Assembly: GCA_043815085.1 (NCBI GenBank)
Contig: JBDRJG010000022.1
Coordinates: forward strand, 1-57,704
Source of the DNA: Candidatus Iainarchaeum sp.
GTDB taxonomy: Archaea; Nanobdellota; Nanobdellia; Pacearchaeales; GW2011-AR1
Direction: 5' to 3'
DNA length: 57,704 bases
A program made the position numbers and the translations under genes. Numbering within the stretch: the stretch's first letter is position 1; each line of letters begins with the position of its first letter. The notes under the pieces were generated by a model. The model was not told the DNA's origin, searched no databases, and was given only the letters and a program-made list of their open reading frames with translations. Of this stretch, positions 43,670 through 51,878 are shown piece by piece.

Positions 43670-45205
43670 ATGAGAAAACCAAGAATACTTTCATGCTGCC
43701 CTGAATTAATGTGGGGATTAGACGGAGAACTGAATGAAGATTTGCCTATAAAGAGAATTAATTTTTCTACTGGAGGAATGGCTCCTGTTTATTCTACTTA
43801 TTTGTCCAATTTAATAAAAGAAGGCACATTTGAAGTTTATCCTGTAGTTCCGAAATGGGAAAGCAGTCTTAGAGAATTTAATTCTTTGAAAATAAATGAT
43901 ATTAAAATACTTGAATCAGTAATGCCAGATAATATTTTCTTTATAAATCATCCCTCTTTCAATAGAGTTCGTATAGAAGGTTCTAATACAAAAATGTATG
44001 ATAATTCTTGGAGATTTTCTTCTGTAGATAGGGCATTAGCCTTTTCAAGCGGAATAGTAAACACTGTTCTTCCTAAAGTTAAACCAAATATAGTTTGGGT
44101 GCATGATTGGATGGCTGCCCCTGTTGCAACTGTTGCAAAAGCAATGGGGATTAAGGTTGTTACAACTGGACATAATCCCATATATACAGAATTAGCTCAT
44201 TTAGATGAAATGATCTATAAAGGAATAGAATTAAGAAGCTCTGACGGTTACCATCCCAGAGATTCGGTTTATTTTACAGATAATAAATATAATTTCATGG
44301 CTTCAGCAATACAAGCAGCAAATGATTTTACAACAGTAAGTAAGGGATTTCTTGAAAGGTTATTATATGATGATGAAATCTATGAAAAATCCCCCTCAGT
44401 AATACAAGCTATAAGAAATAAAGCATGGCATTTTGATTCTAAAAGAAAAAAAATAGATATAACTCATAAAGATGGAAGACCAAGAGTCCATGGATATCTT
44501 AATCCTTTAGAAAAAGAAAAAAGTATTCTCCTTGAGAGCATAACTCAAGATGGTTTAGACGAAACAATTGTCAAAAGAAAAAATAATGCTATGGAAGTTC
44601 GCAAGCAAACAGGATTGAGAGAAGGAGGAGAACTTTTAATTTTTCCAAATAGATTAACAGAACAAAAAGCACCTGAACTTTTGATTGATAATGCAATTTA
44701 TTTAGCAGAAAAATATGATATAAGAATTTTAATCTTGGCAAATGGTGAACAAAAAATAATTGATAAAGCAATAGGTGTGGCTCTTAATAGCAATGGGCTT
44801 GTTTCTTATTCTCATTTTAATAAAAAATTAGAAGAATTGGCAATACAATCAGATAAAACTTTTGGAGTTATAACTTCAATTTATGAACCTTGCGGGAGTC
44901 CAAATATAAATTATCCTGCTGAAGGAACACCAATAATTGGGCATAATGTGGATGGGATAAAAGATTCTGTTAAACAATTAAATCTAGAAGAAAATTTGGG
45001 TAATGGATTTGTTTTTGAAAATAATGATATTAGAGGATTAGAATATGGAATTGGTTGCATGAAAGAATTTGCAAACCTCCCTGAAAAATTAAGATATATT
45101 CATTCCAAGCGTATTGCTCAAGAGTCTTTATTAAGTAATTCTGCATCTGTAAGGACTTCACAACTTGTCCAGGAGGTTTTCCTTCCTTTGTGCAAGGAGA
45201 GATAA
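43670..45205 (+). CDS. glgA: Glycogen/starch synthase-like GT-B glycosyltransferase
   Basis: N-terminal GGMAPVYSTYLSNL (GGLGDV-like) and C-terminal SIYEPCGSPNINYPAEGTPIIGHNVDGIKDSV (E-x7-E region). Confidence 0.7.
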   Translation: MRKPRILSCCPELMWGLDGELNEDLPIKRINFSTGGMAPVYSTYLSNLIKEGTFEVYPVVPKWESSLREFNSLKINDIKILESVMPDNIFFINHPSFNRVRIEGSNTKMYDNSWRFSSVDRALAFSSGIVNTVLPKVKPNIVWVHDWMAAPVATVAKAMGIKVVTTGHNPIYTELAHLDEMIYKGIELRSSDGYHPRDSVYFTDNKYNFMASAIQAANDFTTVSKGFLERLLYDDEIYEKSPSVIQAIRNKAWHFDSKRKKIDITHKDGRPRVHGYLNPLEKEKSILLESITQDGLDETIVKRKNNAMEVRKQTGLREGGELLIFPNRLTEQKAPELLIDNAIYLAEKYDIRILILANGEQKIIDKAIGVALNSNGLVSYSHFNKKLEELAIQSDKTFGVITSIYEPCGSPNINYPAEGTPIIGHNVDGIKDSVKQLNLEENLGNGFVFENNDIRGLEYGIGCMKEFANLPEKLRYIHSKRIAQESLLSNSASVRTSQLVQEVFLPLCKER

Positions 45206-45275
45206 GCCTTGTGCACAAAAAACTAGAGAGATAAAAAGCCTTTTAAATTCTCTAAAGTTTGTTTTTTAATAATTC

Positions 45276-45395
45276 AGCCCCATAGTACAGTGGTCAAGTA
45301 TACGGCCCTTTGGAGCGAGACTCTTTGAGTCTCTCACTCTTACTTCAGAGAAGCGAAGAGAGGCCGGGACCCAGGTTCGAATCCTGGTGGGGCTA
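45276..45395 (+). tRNA. tRNA-Gln (anticodon UUG) with 47-nt intron at the canonical 37/38 position
   Basis: Cloverleaf drawn by hand. Acceptor AGCCCCA/TGGGGCT (A1-U72) plus discriminator A. D arm GTAC-AGTGGTCAA-GTAT. Anticodon stem CGGCC/GGCCG with loop CTTTGGA. T arm CCAGG-TTCGAAT-CCTGG. It is a GC-rich island followed by a T5 run. Confidence 0.8.
45314..45360 (+). other. tRNA intron (boundaries +/-1 nt)
   Basis: Insertion between loop position 37 and the 3' anticodon stem. It contains a perfect 7-bp hairpin GAGACTC-TTT-GAGTCTC (45317-45333). A relaxed bulge-helix-bulge can be drawn. Confidence 0.6.
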
Positions 45396-45442
45396 TTTTT
45401 CTCTTTCAATAAATTTATATATATAGAGAGATTAGGATTTTA

Positions 45443-45700
45443 ATGGTTAAAAAAGAACAAACCCCTATTGGTTTCGTTTCAAATTACTTTGACCATGTAG
45501 GTGTTGCTGCAATTAAACTGAAAACAGGGTTGAAGAAAGGGGACAAGATAAGAATTGTCGGAGGCAATGTTGATTTTGAGCAGACAGTTGACAGCATGCA
45601 AATACATAACAAAGCAGTTACAGGAGCAAAAAAAGGCGATGAGATCGGGGTTAAGTTAAAGAAAAAAGTAAGAAAAGGTTACAGAATCTTTAAGCAATAG
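45443..45700 (+). CDS. Small EF-Tu domain-2-like beta-barrel protein (translation elongation factor-like protein)
   Basis: 85-aa ORF. GDKIRIVGGNVDFEQTVDSMQIHNKAVTGAKKGDEIGVKL resembles the EF-Tu domain II barrel. Confidence 0.4.
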   Translation: MVKKEQTPIGFVSNYFDHVGVAAIKLKTGLKKGDKIRIVGGNVDFEQTVDSMQIHNKAVTGAKKGDEIGVKLKKKVRKGYRIFKQ

Positions 45701-46657
45701 TTAATCTTTTATTTTTATATTTAGTTTCTTAAACAGGAAATACATTATAATTGAAATTCCAATCATAAAAACTATTACCCAAATCCAGATATCTGCGTTT
45801 CCCTGAAAAGGTAGTTTTACATTCATGCCATAAAACCCTGTTATTATTGTTAAGGGCATCATTATGGACATAATAACAGTCAGAGTTCTCATAGTTTCAT
45901 TTAACTTGTTGGAGATTATTGACTGATAGGCATTTCTCATACCATTTATTCTTCCAAGCATGCTTCTAAGAGATTCAGTTGTTTTGAAGGCATGGTCGTA
46001 TATATCTCTCAGATATGGAAGCAAATCATTTGAAAGGTAATTATCCGTTGGTTTTGTTAAGCTAAGACATAAATCGGTTAGGGATTCCATAACCTGTCTC
46101 ATTTCAAGTATTGTAAGTTCTTTTTCAAAAAGATTTTCTAAAACTTCTTTTCCTGGATTATTTATGAAATTTCTTTCTAATTTCTTGAATTCTTCAAATA
46201 CAATTCCTTTTATTTGTATACATTTATCTGTTTCTTTGTCAAGAAGATGATGAAATACGTATCCTGCACCTCTTTTTAATAATTGTTCAAGCTTTCTTGG
46301 ATTATTTATAAGATATTCAATATTTTCATTTGCTTCAAAATGAGAGGTTATGAGATAGTTCTTCCCTAAAATGAAAGAAAGATTGTAAGTCTTTATATTG
46401 ACTGCTTTCAACCCTTTTATTCCATGGAAGATTATTGCAGTGTTATCTTCAAACTCTTCATATTTTGTTCTTGTTTGATTTGAAAGAATGTCTTCTTCTG
46501 TTGTTGGGTGGATGTGGAAAATTTTTCTTATTGTTTTTATTTCATCAACATTTGAACAGGAAAGATCAATCCAATAGGTTGCTTTCCTATCTTTGCCAAC
46601 TTCTTCTGGGGTTATTTCATTTAACTTACCTTTTAAGAGAGAAAAGATTTTAATCAT
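45701..46657 (-). CDS. corA: CorA-family magnesium transporter
   Basis: 318-aa ORF with two C-terminal TM helices and the signature FYGMNV. Confidence 0.85.
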   Translation of the reverse strand: MIKIFSLLKGKLNEITPEEVGKDRKATYWIDLSCSNVDEIKTIRKIFHIHPTTEEDILSNQTRTKYEEFEDNTAIIFHGIKGLKAVNIKTYNLSFILGKNYLITSHFEANENIEYLINNPRKLEQLLKRGAGYVFHHLLDKETDKCIQIKGIVFEEFKKLERNFINNPGKEVLENLFEKELTILEMRQVMESLTDLCLSLTKPTDNYLSNDLLPYLRDIYDHAFKTTESLRSMLGRINGMRNAYQSIISNKLNETMRTLTVIMSIMMPLTIITGFYGMNVKLPFQGNADIWIWVIVFMIGISIIMYFLFKKLNIKIKD

Positions 46658-46699
46658 ACAAAAATAATTTATTGAGGTTATTTAAATATTCTTGAAGGA

Positions 46700-47536
46700 T
46701 TATTCAATCTTTAAGGTGTCATAAGAATAGTTTCCTAAATCGAGAATCTTAGAAAGGGGCCCTTTAGTTTTATCCCCCCCGTAATAATCAACATTAAAAG
46801 ATCCTTTTTTTAAAGAAGTTATTAAAAATTCATGGGCTTCTTTATATACATCAACAGTGTAAAAGGAAATAATTATATCTCTTGAACTAGGATTAGCATG
46901 TTTTTCTTCATCATACACCGAGGCATGTAAATGAAAACTCCCTAGATTTGGAGGAATGGAATCTTTATCTTGAAATCCATACATTTCATTATACATTGTA
47001 TCTCTTTTTATCCAACTTTCTAAAGTTTTAAAATATATTTTATCTTTTTGAGATAAGATTATTCCTCCATGTTCGGCATATTTATCTGCAACGTCATCTT
47101 TTATTATTTTCCCAATTTCTTGAAGAGAAGAAGGATTTTTTAATGATTCAAGCACCAAGAAAATTCTTTGTAATTGTTTTAAAGAAAGATCGTTTATATC
47201 ATAAAAATCTTCATTATTTTTCTTTTCTTTTCCATAGCTATGTTTTGAAAGCTTCATTGATTGTGCTATTTTATTTTTAAGATACATTTCATCTTCCAGA
47301 AGAGGATTGCCTTTTGTATGCATTGAAAGATATTCATTATGTTTATCTGAATTTTTACTATTTGGGGAATCTTTTTTAGAATTCATTAATAATATTTTTT
47401 CAATAGAAGAATTAAATTCTTTTGATTCAATTTTTATATTCTTACTAATTTCTGTTTTATTTTTATCATTTTTGCAATCATTTAAAAATAAAGATGAAAG
47501 GATTAAAGTAGTAAGGAAAATTTTCTTAAAAGACAT
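46700..47536 (-). CDS. Exported (possibly lipid-anchored) protein with JAMM/MPN-like metalloprotease motif
   Basis: Signal-like N-terminus MSFKKIFLTTLILSSLFLNDC. AEHGGIIL, then ~47 residues, then FHLHA, then 12 residues, then SSRD fits E...HxH...SxxD with an insertion. Confidence 0.35.
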   Translation of the reverse strand: MSFKKIFLTTLILSSLFLNDCKNDKNKTEISKNIKIESKEFNSSIEKILLMNSKKDSPNSKNSDKHNEYLSMHTKGNPLLEDEMYLKNKIAQSMKLSKHSYGKEKKNNEDFYDINDLSLKQLQRIFLVLESLKNPSSLQEIGKIIKDDVADKYAEHGGIILSQKDKIYFKTLESWIKRDTMYNEMYGFQDKDSIPPNLGSFHLHASVYDEEKHANPSSRDIIISFYTVDVYKEAHEFLITSLKKGSFNVDYYGGDKTKGPLSKILDLGNYSYDTLKIE

Positions 47537-47610
47537 TTTTCTTTTAATCTTTTCTTAATTAAAAGTATTTGTGTGTTTTTGTATTATATTTAATGCCTAT
47601 ATCTACCCCT

Positions 47611-47631
47611 AAACTTTTTGTAAAAAAGTTT
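47611..47631 (-). terminator. A/T-rich 9-bp hairpin with oligo-U just after bud32
   Basis: AAACTTTTT-GTA-AAAAAGTTT is an inverted repeat 9 nt downstream of the Bud32 stop. Confidence 0.25.
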
Positions 47632-47639
47632 TGGCGGTT

Positions 47640-48248
47640 TCAGTGTCTATAACGCCCTCTTCTTTCAACAGAAGTTAATCTTTCAAATATAATTTTAGAT
47701 TCTGGATAATCCCTTGAATAAGCTTTTTGAAATTCCTGAAATAATTCTCTCCAGTGTTGGAAATGCTTAGCTTCTAGGGCTTGTTTTAATAAATGCAAAT
47801 CAACTGCCTTGTCTTCTACTTTTTTTGAGATATATCCCAAACCAAAATCAATGAAAAAGACTTCTTTGTCTTTTAGAATCATATTAGAGGTTGTTAAATC
47901 TCCGTGTATTATGTTTTCCTTATGGAGTTTTGTAATTGATTCTCCAATTTTTTTCATAATTTGTTTTTGTTTTTCCAGAGAAAAATCATTGAGGGAATTT
48001 GAGAGTTTTTCTCCTTCAATAAATGGCATTTTTATTATATTAATTTCTTTTAAGGGGAGAGGATCAGGGGCATTTATTATTTTAGATGCTTTTTCAAGAA
48101 GTTTCTTTTCTGCCTTTGTTCTTTGTTTTATTATTTTTTTATCTAATTCAGGTATTCTGTAGGATTTTGATATTCTGTCTTTTACAATGAGATTATTTTT
48201 TTTATCAAGAAATATCTTAGCTTCTGCACCTTGTTGGATTAGTTTCAT
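47640..48248 (-). CDS. bud32: Bud32 (Kae1-associated, RIO-type atypical kinase; KEOPS subunit)
   Basis: Catalytic loop HGDLTTSNMIL and metal-binding FIDFGL in ~200 aa. The ATG at 48248 overlaps the VKOR stop (ATGA); the track start at 48260 is a GTG. Confidence 0.75.
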   Translation of the reverse strand: MKLIQQGAEAKIFLDKKNNLIVKDRISKSYRIPELDKKIIKQRTKAEKKLLEKASKIINAPDPLPLKEINIIKMPFIEGEKLSNSLNDFSLEKQKQIMKKIGESITKLHKENIIHGDLTTSNMILKDKEVFFIDFGLGYISKKVEDKAVDLHLLKQALEAKHFQHWRELFQEFQKAYSRDYPESKIIFERLTSVERRGRYRH

Positions 48249-48649
48249 TTTTCTCTCCACGCAAAAACTATAACCAGACTGAGCAAAGCACCAAAGTCAA
48301 CAGCTACACAATATTTGCAGAGTGCTTTTAGGGCAAAGAATTGAAGATAGAGAAAATAAAGCGCGATTATAGAACCAAATAAGATACCCACTATAATTAT
48401 TTTTCTTTTATATTTTCTTGGATTTTTTATATACGACAATGCTAAAATTAAAAGAATCGGGAATGCAATTAATCCAAAATAACTGTTGTTAATTCCCAGG
48501 GTTTTTTCATATTCTGAGGTTTGTACAGCATAGCATGTTGTTTGAATTCCCCCACAAGCCTGTTCTGGTGGAATAAATGATAATACTGCAGATGCTACAA
48601 ATGAGAGAAAGAATATTGCAATCAAAATGATGTATTTTGCTTTTTTCAT
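48245..48649 (-). CDS. Vitamin K epoxide reductase (VKOR) family membrane protein
   Basis: 134 aa with four TM helices. Loop Cys pair CGGIQTTC, conserved SEYEKTLGINNSYFG, and redox CKYC in the last helix. Confidence 0.7.
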   Translation of the reverse strand: MKKAKYIILIAIFFLSFVASAVLSFIPPEQACGGIQTTCYAVQTSEYEKTLGINNSYFGLIAFPILLILALSYIKNPRKYKRKIIIVGILFGSIIALYFLYLQFFALKALCKYCVAVDFGALLSLVIVFAWREK

Positions 48650-48703
48650 GATTTTTATAGAATAAGTGGTTTTAAAAGGGTTTTGGGGGAAGTGGTTACA
48701 TTA

Positions 48704-50080
48704 TCATCCAAATCTCCTCATCTTCTTCTTTCCAAACTTCTTCATCATCTTTTGCATTTGCTTTTGCGAGAAACCCTGCGACATATCGCTGTCAACTCCC
48801 CCTTTAATCATTTCTTGAAGCATGTCGTATTGTTTAAGCAAACTCCTCACATCAGAATTATTTACTCCAGAACCATTTGCAATTCTTGTTATTCTTGAAG
48901 TTTGCTTTTTCAGAAGTTCAGGATTTGCTCTTTCTTCTGTTGTCATTGATTTCAAGATATGTTCCCATTTCTTTATTTTTTCTTCCTGAGTTCCTATAAG
49001 ATTTTCAGGAATTTTTGCATCTCCCAATCCGGGAATTAAATTTTTAATCTTATCAAATCCTCCAAGTTGATTCATGGATTTAACCTGCTCAATTACATCC
49101 TCCAGGCTTAGTTTTCCTTCTTCAAGCTTTTTTTGTATTTTTTCCTGCTGTTTTTCATCTGTTACTGATTTTATTTTTTCAAGTAGGCTGTGCAAATCAC
49201 CCATTCCGAGCATTCTTGACAGAAAACTTTCAGGATGAAATTCTTCTATGTCATTTATCTTTTCCCCGTTTGTTATAAAATAAACTCCTGCTTTTGTTTC
49301 AGCGCATGCTGTTAGTGCTCCTCCGCCTTTTGCAGTTGAATCCATTCTTGTTATAATAACACCCGAAATATTGAGTGCTTTCTGGAAATCTTCTGCCTGT
49401 TGTTTTGCTGCCTGCCCAATGTCTGCAGGCATTATTGAAATAGTTTCTGTTGGTTTTACCTCTTTTCCGAGAGCTTTTATTTCTTTAACAAGTTCTTTAT
49501 CTAAATTGTGTCTTCCTGCTGTATCAATAAGAATTAAATCATAATCCTTGAATTTTTTTTCTTTTTCAAATTTTTTCCAGGTTTTAACTGCATTGTTTTC
49601 TTCAAAATCAAGAAAAACATTTAGATTATTTTTTTCTCCGAGTTGTTGTAATTGTTCCTTTGCTGCTGGACGATGAACATCCAATCCAACAAGCGCAACT
49701 TTCTTTCCTCTCTTTGCATACCAGTTTCCGAGCTTTGCAATTGTTGTTGTTTTTCCTGCGCCATACAAACCAAGAAGCATTATTCTGTTTTGTCCTGTTT
49801 TTAATTTAAGTGGCTTGTATTCTCCCAAAATATTCTTTAGTTCATCATGAAGGAGTTTTATTATGTGTTCTTTTTTTTCAATTCCTTTTATTCTTTCATC
49901 AAGAGCATCTTTTCTTATTTTGTCTGATAAGTCTTTGACTAAACCGACATTGACATCTGCTTCAATAAGTGCTCTTTGTAAATCTCTTATAATTGAATCA
50001 ACAAGATTTTTATCGAGAAAGATAGCATTCGCTATTTTGTCAGTGGCTTTTTTAATTACTTGTCCGAGTTTTTCCAGCAT
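48704..50080 (-). CDS. srp54: Signal recognition particle protein SRP54
   Basis: NG domain with GLYGAGKTTT, DTAGR and a Met-rich C-terminal M domain. Confidence 0.95.
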   Translation of the reverse strand: MLEKLGQVIKKATDKIANAIFLDKNLVDSIIRDLQRALIEADVNVGLVKDLSDKIRKDALDERIKGIEKKEHIIKLLHDELKNILGEYKPLKLKTGQNRIMLLGLYGAGKTTTIAKLGNWYAKRGKKVALVGLDVHRPAAKEQLQQLGEKNNLNVFLDFEENNAVKTWKKFEKEKKFKDYDLILIDTAGRHNLDKELVKEIKALGKEVKPTETISIMPADIGQAAKQQAEDFQKALNISGVIITRMDSTAKGGGALTACAETKAGVYFITNGEKINDIEEFHPESFLSRMLGMGDLHSLLEKIKSVTDEKQQEKIQKKLEEGKLSLEDVIEQVKSMNQLGGFDKIKNLIPGLGDAKIPENLIGTQEEKIKKWEHILKSMTTEERANPELLKKQTSRITRIANGSGVNNSDVRSLLKQYDMLQEMIKGGVDSDMSQGFSQKQMQKMMKKFGKKKMRRFG

Positions 50081-50147
50081 GGTTTTAGAAATTCAATAAG
50101 GGTTAATAAATTTGTGGTTCTGGAGGAATAATTACCCTTTTTTATAT

Positions 50148-51374
50148 TCAATCCTCTTGTAATCCAAGTTTTTCAATAAACTTGTTCTTATCAAATTTTT
50201 CTATTTTGTCATATTCCTGCCCTGTTCCTAAAAAGAGAATTGGTTTGCGTGTTATATAACCGACACTCAGAGCTGTTCCGCCTTTTTCATCAATGTCTGC
50301 TTTGCTTAATATTATTCCATCTATTCCAATTGCTTCATCAAAACTTCTGGCCTGTTCAATTGCATCATTTCCAGTTATGCTTTCTCCAATGAAAAGCTTT
50401 GCATCTGGATTGCATACTTTTACAATTTTTGAAATTTGAGCCATCAAATTTTTTTCAGTATACATTCTTCCAGCAGTGTCTATTAGGACAGCATCAATAT
50501 GATTCTTTTCAGCATATTTTATTGCATCAAAACCAATTGCTGCCGGGTCTGCTCCATATTCCTGAGCAATAACTTTTATTTTTAGTTGGTCTCCATGTTT
50601 TTTTATCTGTTCTATTGATGCGGCTCTAAATGTATCTGCAGCAGCTAAAACACAAGACAATTTATTGTGTTTTAATAATTCTGCAATTTTTGCAATTGTG
50701 GTTGTTTTTCCTGTTCCATTAATTCCGCAAAAAAGAATAACATAAGGTTTTCCATCTGCTTTTTTTAGTTTTATCTTTTCAATCAAATCAAATGGCTCTA
50801 TAAGAATCTCTCTTATTATGTCTTCGAAGGCGAATTTAATTTGAGCTTCGATTTCTTTCTTTAGGAATTCTTTTCCAACTATTTTTTCATTTAGTCTTTT
50901 TATTATCTTTTCAGCAACTTCAATTGCAACATTGTTTTCAAGAAGCAACATTTCAAGTTCATCTGCATAAACCTCAAAATCTTCTTTAGAGATTTTTACT
51001 TTTGTAATTTTTGAAAAAATTTTCTTAAAGAAGCCTTTCTTTTCCTCTTCTTCTTGTTTTATGCCTTCTATAATCTTTTCTCCAATTTCCCTTTCTTTTT
51101 TGTCAAACACTTTCTTTTCCGGTTCAACATATTCATGATGTTCAATGAGCTTAATCTCTTCCTTAATTTTTTCTAAATCTGGTTGATATTGTTGCATGCC
51201 TGCATTAAATTCTACAGGGACATTTGTCTTTTTGATTTTTTTTATCTTTTTCCCCCCCTTGGGCAACTTTTTTACTATTTCTTTCTTTGAAACTTTTTGG
51301 ACTTCTTTTACAACAGTTTTTTTTATTACTCCTTGCGTCCAGTTTTTTAGTTTTTCCTTTAATTTTGAGAACAT
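50148..51374 (-). CDS. ftsY: SRP receptor FtsY
   Basis: Lys/Glu-rich N-terminal A region, then an NG domain with GINGTGKTTT and DTAGR. Confidence 0.9.
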   Translation of the reverse strand: MFSKLKEKLKNWTQGVIKKTVVKEVQKVSKKEIVKKLPKGGKKIKKIKKTNVPVEFNAGMQQYQPDLEKIKEEIKLIEHHEYVEPEKKVFDKKEREIGEKIIEGIKQEEEEKKGFFKKIFSKITKVKISKEDFEVYADELEMLLLENNVAIEVAEKIIKRLNEKIVGKEFLKKEIEAQIKFAFEDIIREILIEPFDLIEKIKLKKADGKPYVILFCGINGTGKTTTIAKIAELLKHNKLSCVLAAADTFRAASIEQIKKHGDQLKIKVIAQEYGADPAAIGFDAIKYAEKNHIDAVLIDTAGRMYTEKNLMAQISKIVKVCNPDAKLFIGESITGNDAIEQARSFDEAIGIDGIILSKADIDEKGGTALSVGYITRKPILFLGTGQEYDKIEKFDKNKFIEKLGLQED

Positions 51375-51427
51375 AATTTTAGAAGCAAAGAATTAGTTAT
51401 TAAGGTTTTGGTTTTTGGAAACTCTTC

Positions 51428-51446
51428 TAATCTAAATTTTTATAAA
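51428..51446 (+). promoter_or_regulatory. 19-nt promoter element TAATCTAAATTTTTATAAA, copy 1
   Basis: Identical to 51838-51856 and contains TTTATAAA. It is followed by the SD-like GGAGGTG (51475-51481) and ATG 51488. Confidence 0.45.
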
Positions 51447-51487
51447 TAGGAGAGAATAATATTATATATTGAAAGGAGGTGAAAAAA

Positions 51488-51790
51488 ATGTATGAGTTTA
51501 AGAAAGTTGGAATCTGGTCTTTTGCTAAATTTTCAGCAATAACAGGAGCGATTTTGGGTTTATTTGCGGGTTTGCTTTTTGCAATCTTAGGTTCTTTGAT
51601 AGGTATGGCAGGAGGAACTTTATTAGATAGTTATTTTTCTAGAGCTTGGATAGTAATAATTATTGCCCCCCTTGTTTATGGATTCTTTGGTTTGATTGGC
51701 GGAGCAGTAAGCGGTTTGCTTTATAATTTAGTTGCAAAGATGGTTGGAGGGATTAGATTCGAGATTGTAGAGAAAGAGGAGTCACAATAA
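51488..51790 (+). CDS. Small membrane protein (three TM helices), unknown function
   Basis: 100 aa from the ATG at 51488, with GGAGGTG 6 nt upstream. The track start at 51479 is a GTG. Confidence 0.45.
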   Translation: MYEFKKVGIWSFAKFSAITGAILGLFAGLLFAILGSLIGMAGGTLLDSYFSRAWIVIIIAPLVYGFFGLIGGAVSGLLYNLVAKMVGGIRFEIVEKEESQ

Positions 51791-51837
51791 TTTTTCTTTT
51801 TATTATTTCTCCTTTTAACCCTGTTGCTACTCCTTGT

Positions 51838-51856
51838 TAATCTAAATTTTTATAAA
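51838..51856 (+). promoter_or_regulatory. 19-nt promoter element TAATCTAAATTTTTATAAA, copy 2
   Basis: Its TATA box ends 22 nt upstream of ATG 51879. Confidence 0.45.
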
Positions 51857-51878
51857 GAATAAAGAACAAGATTATGGC

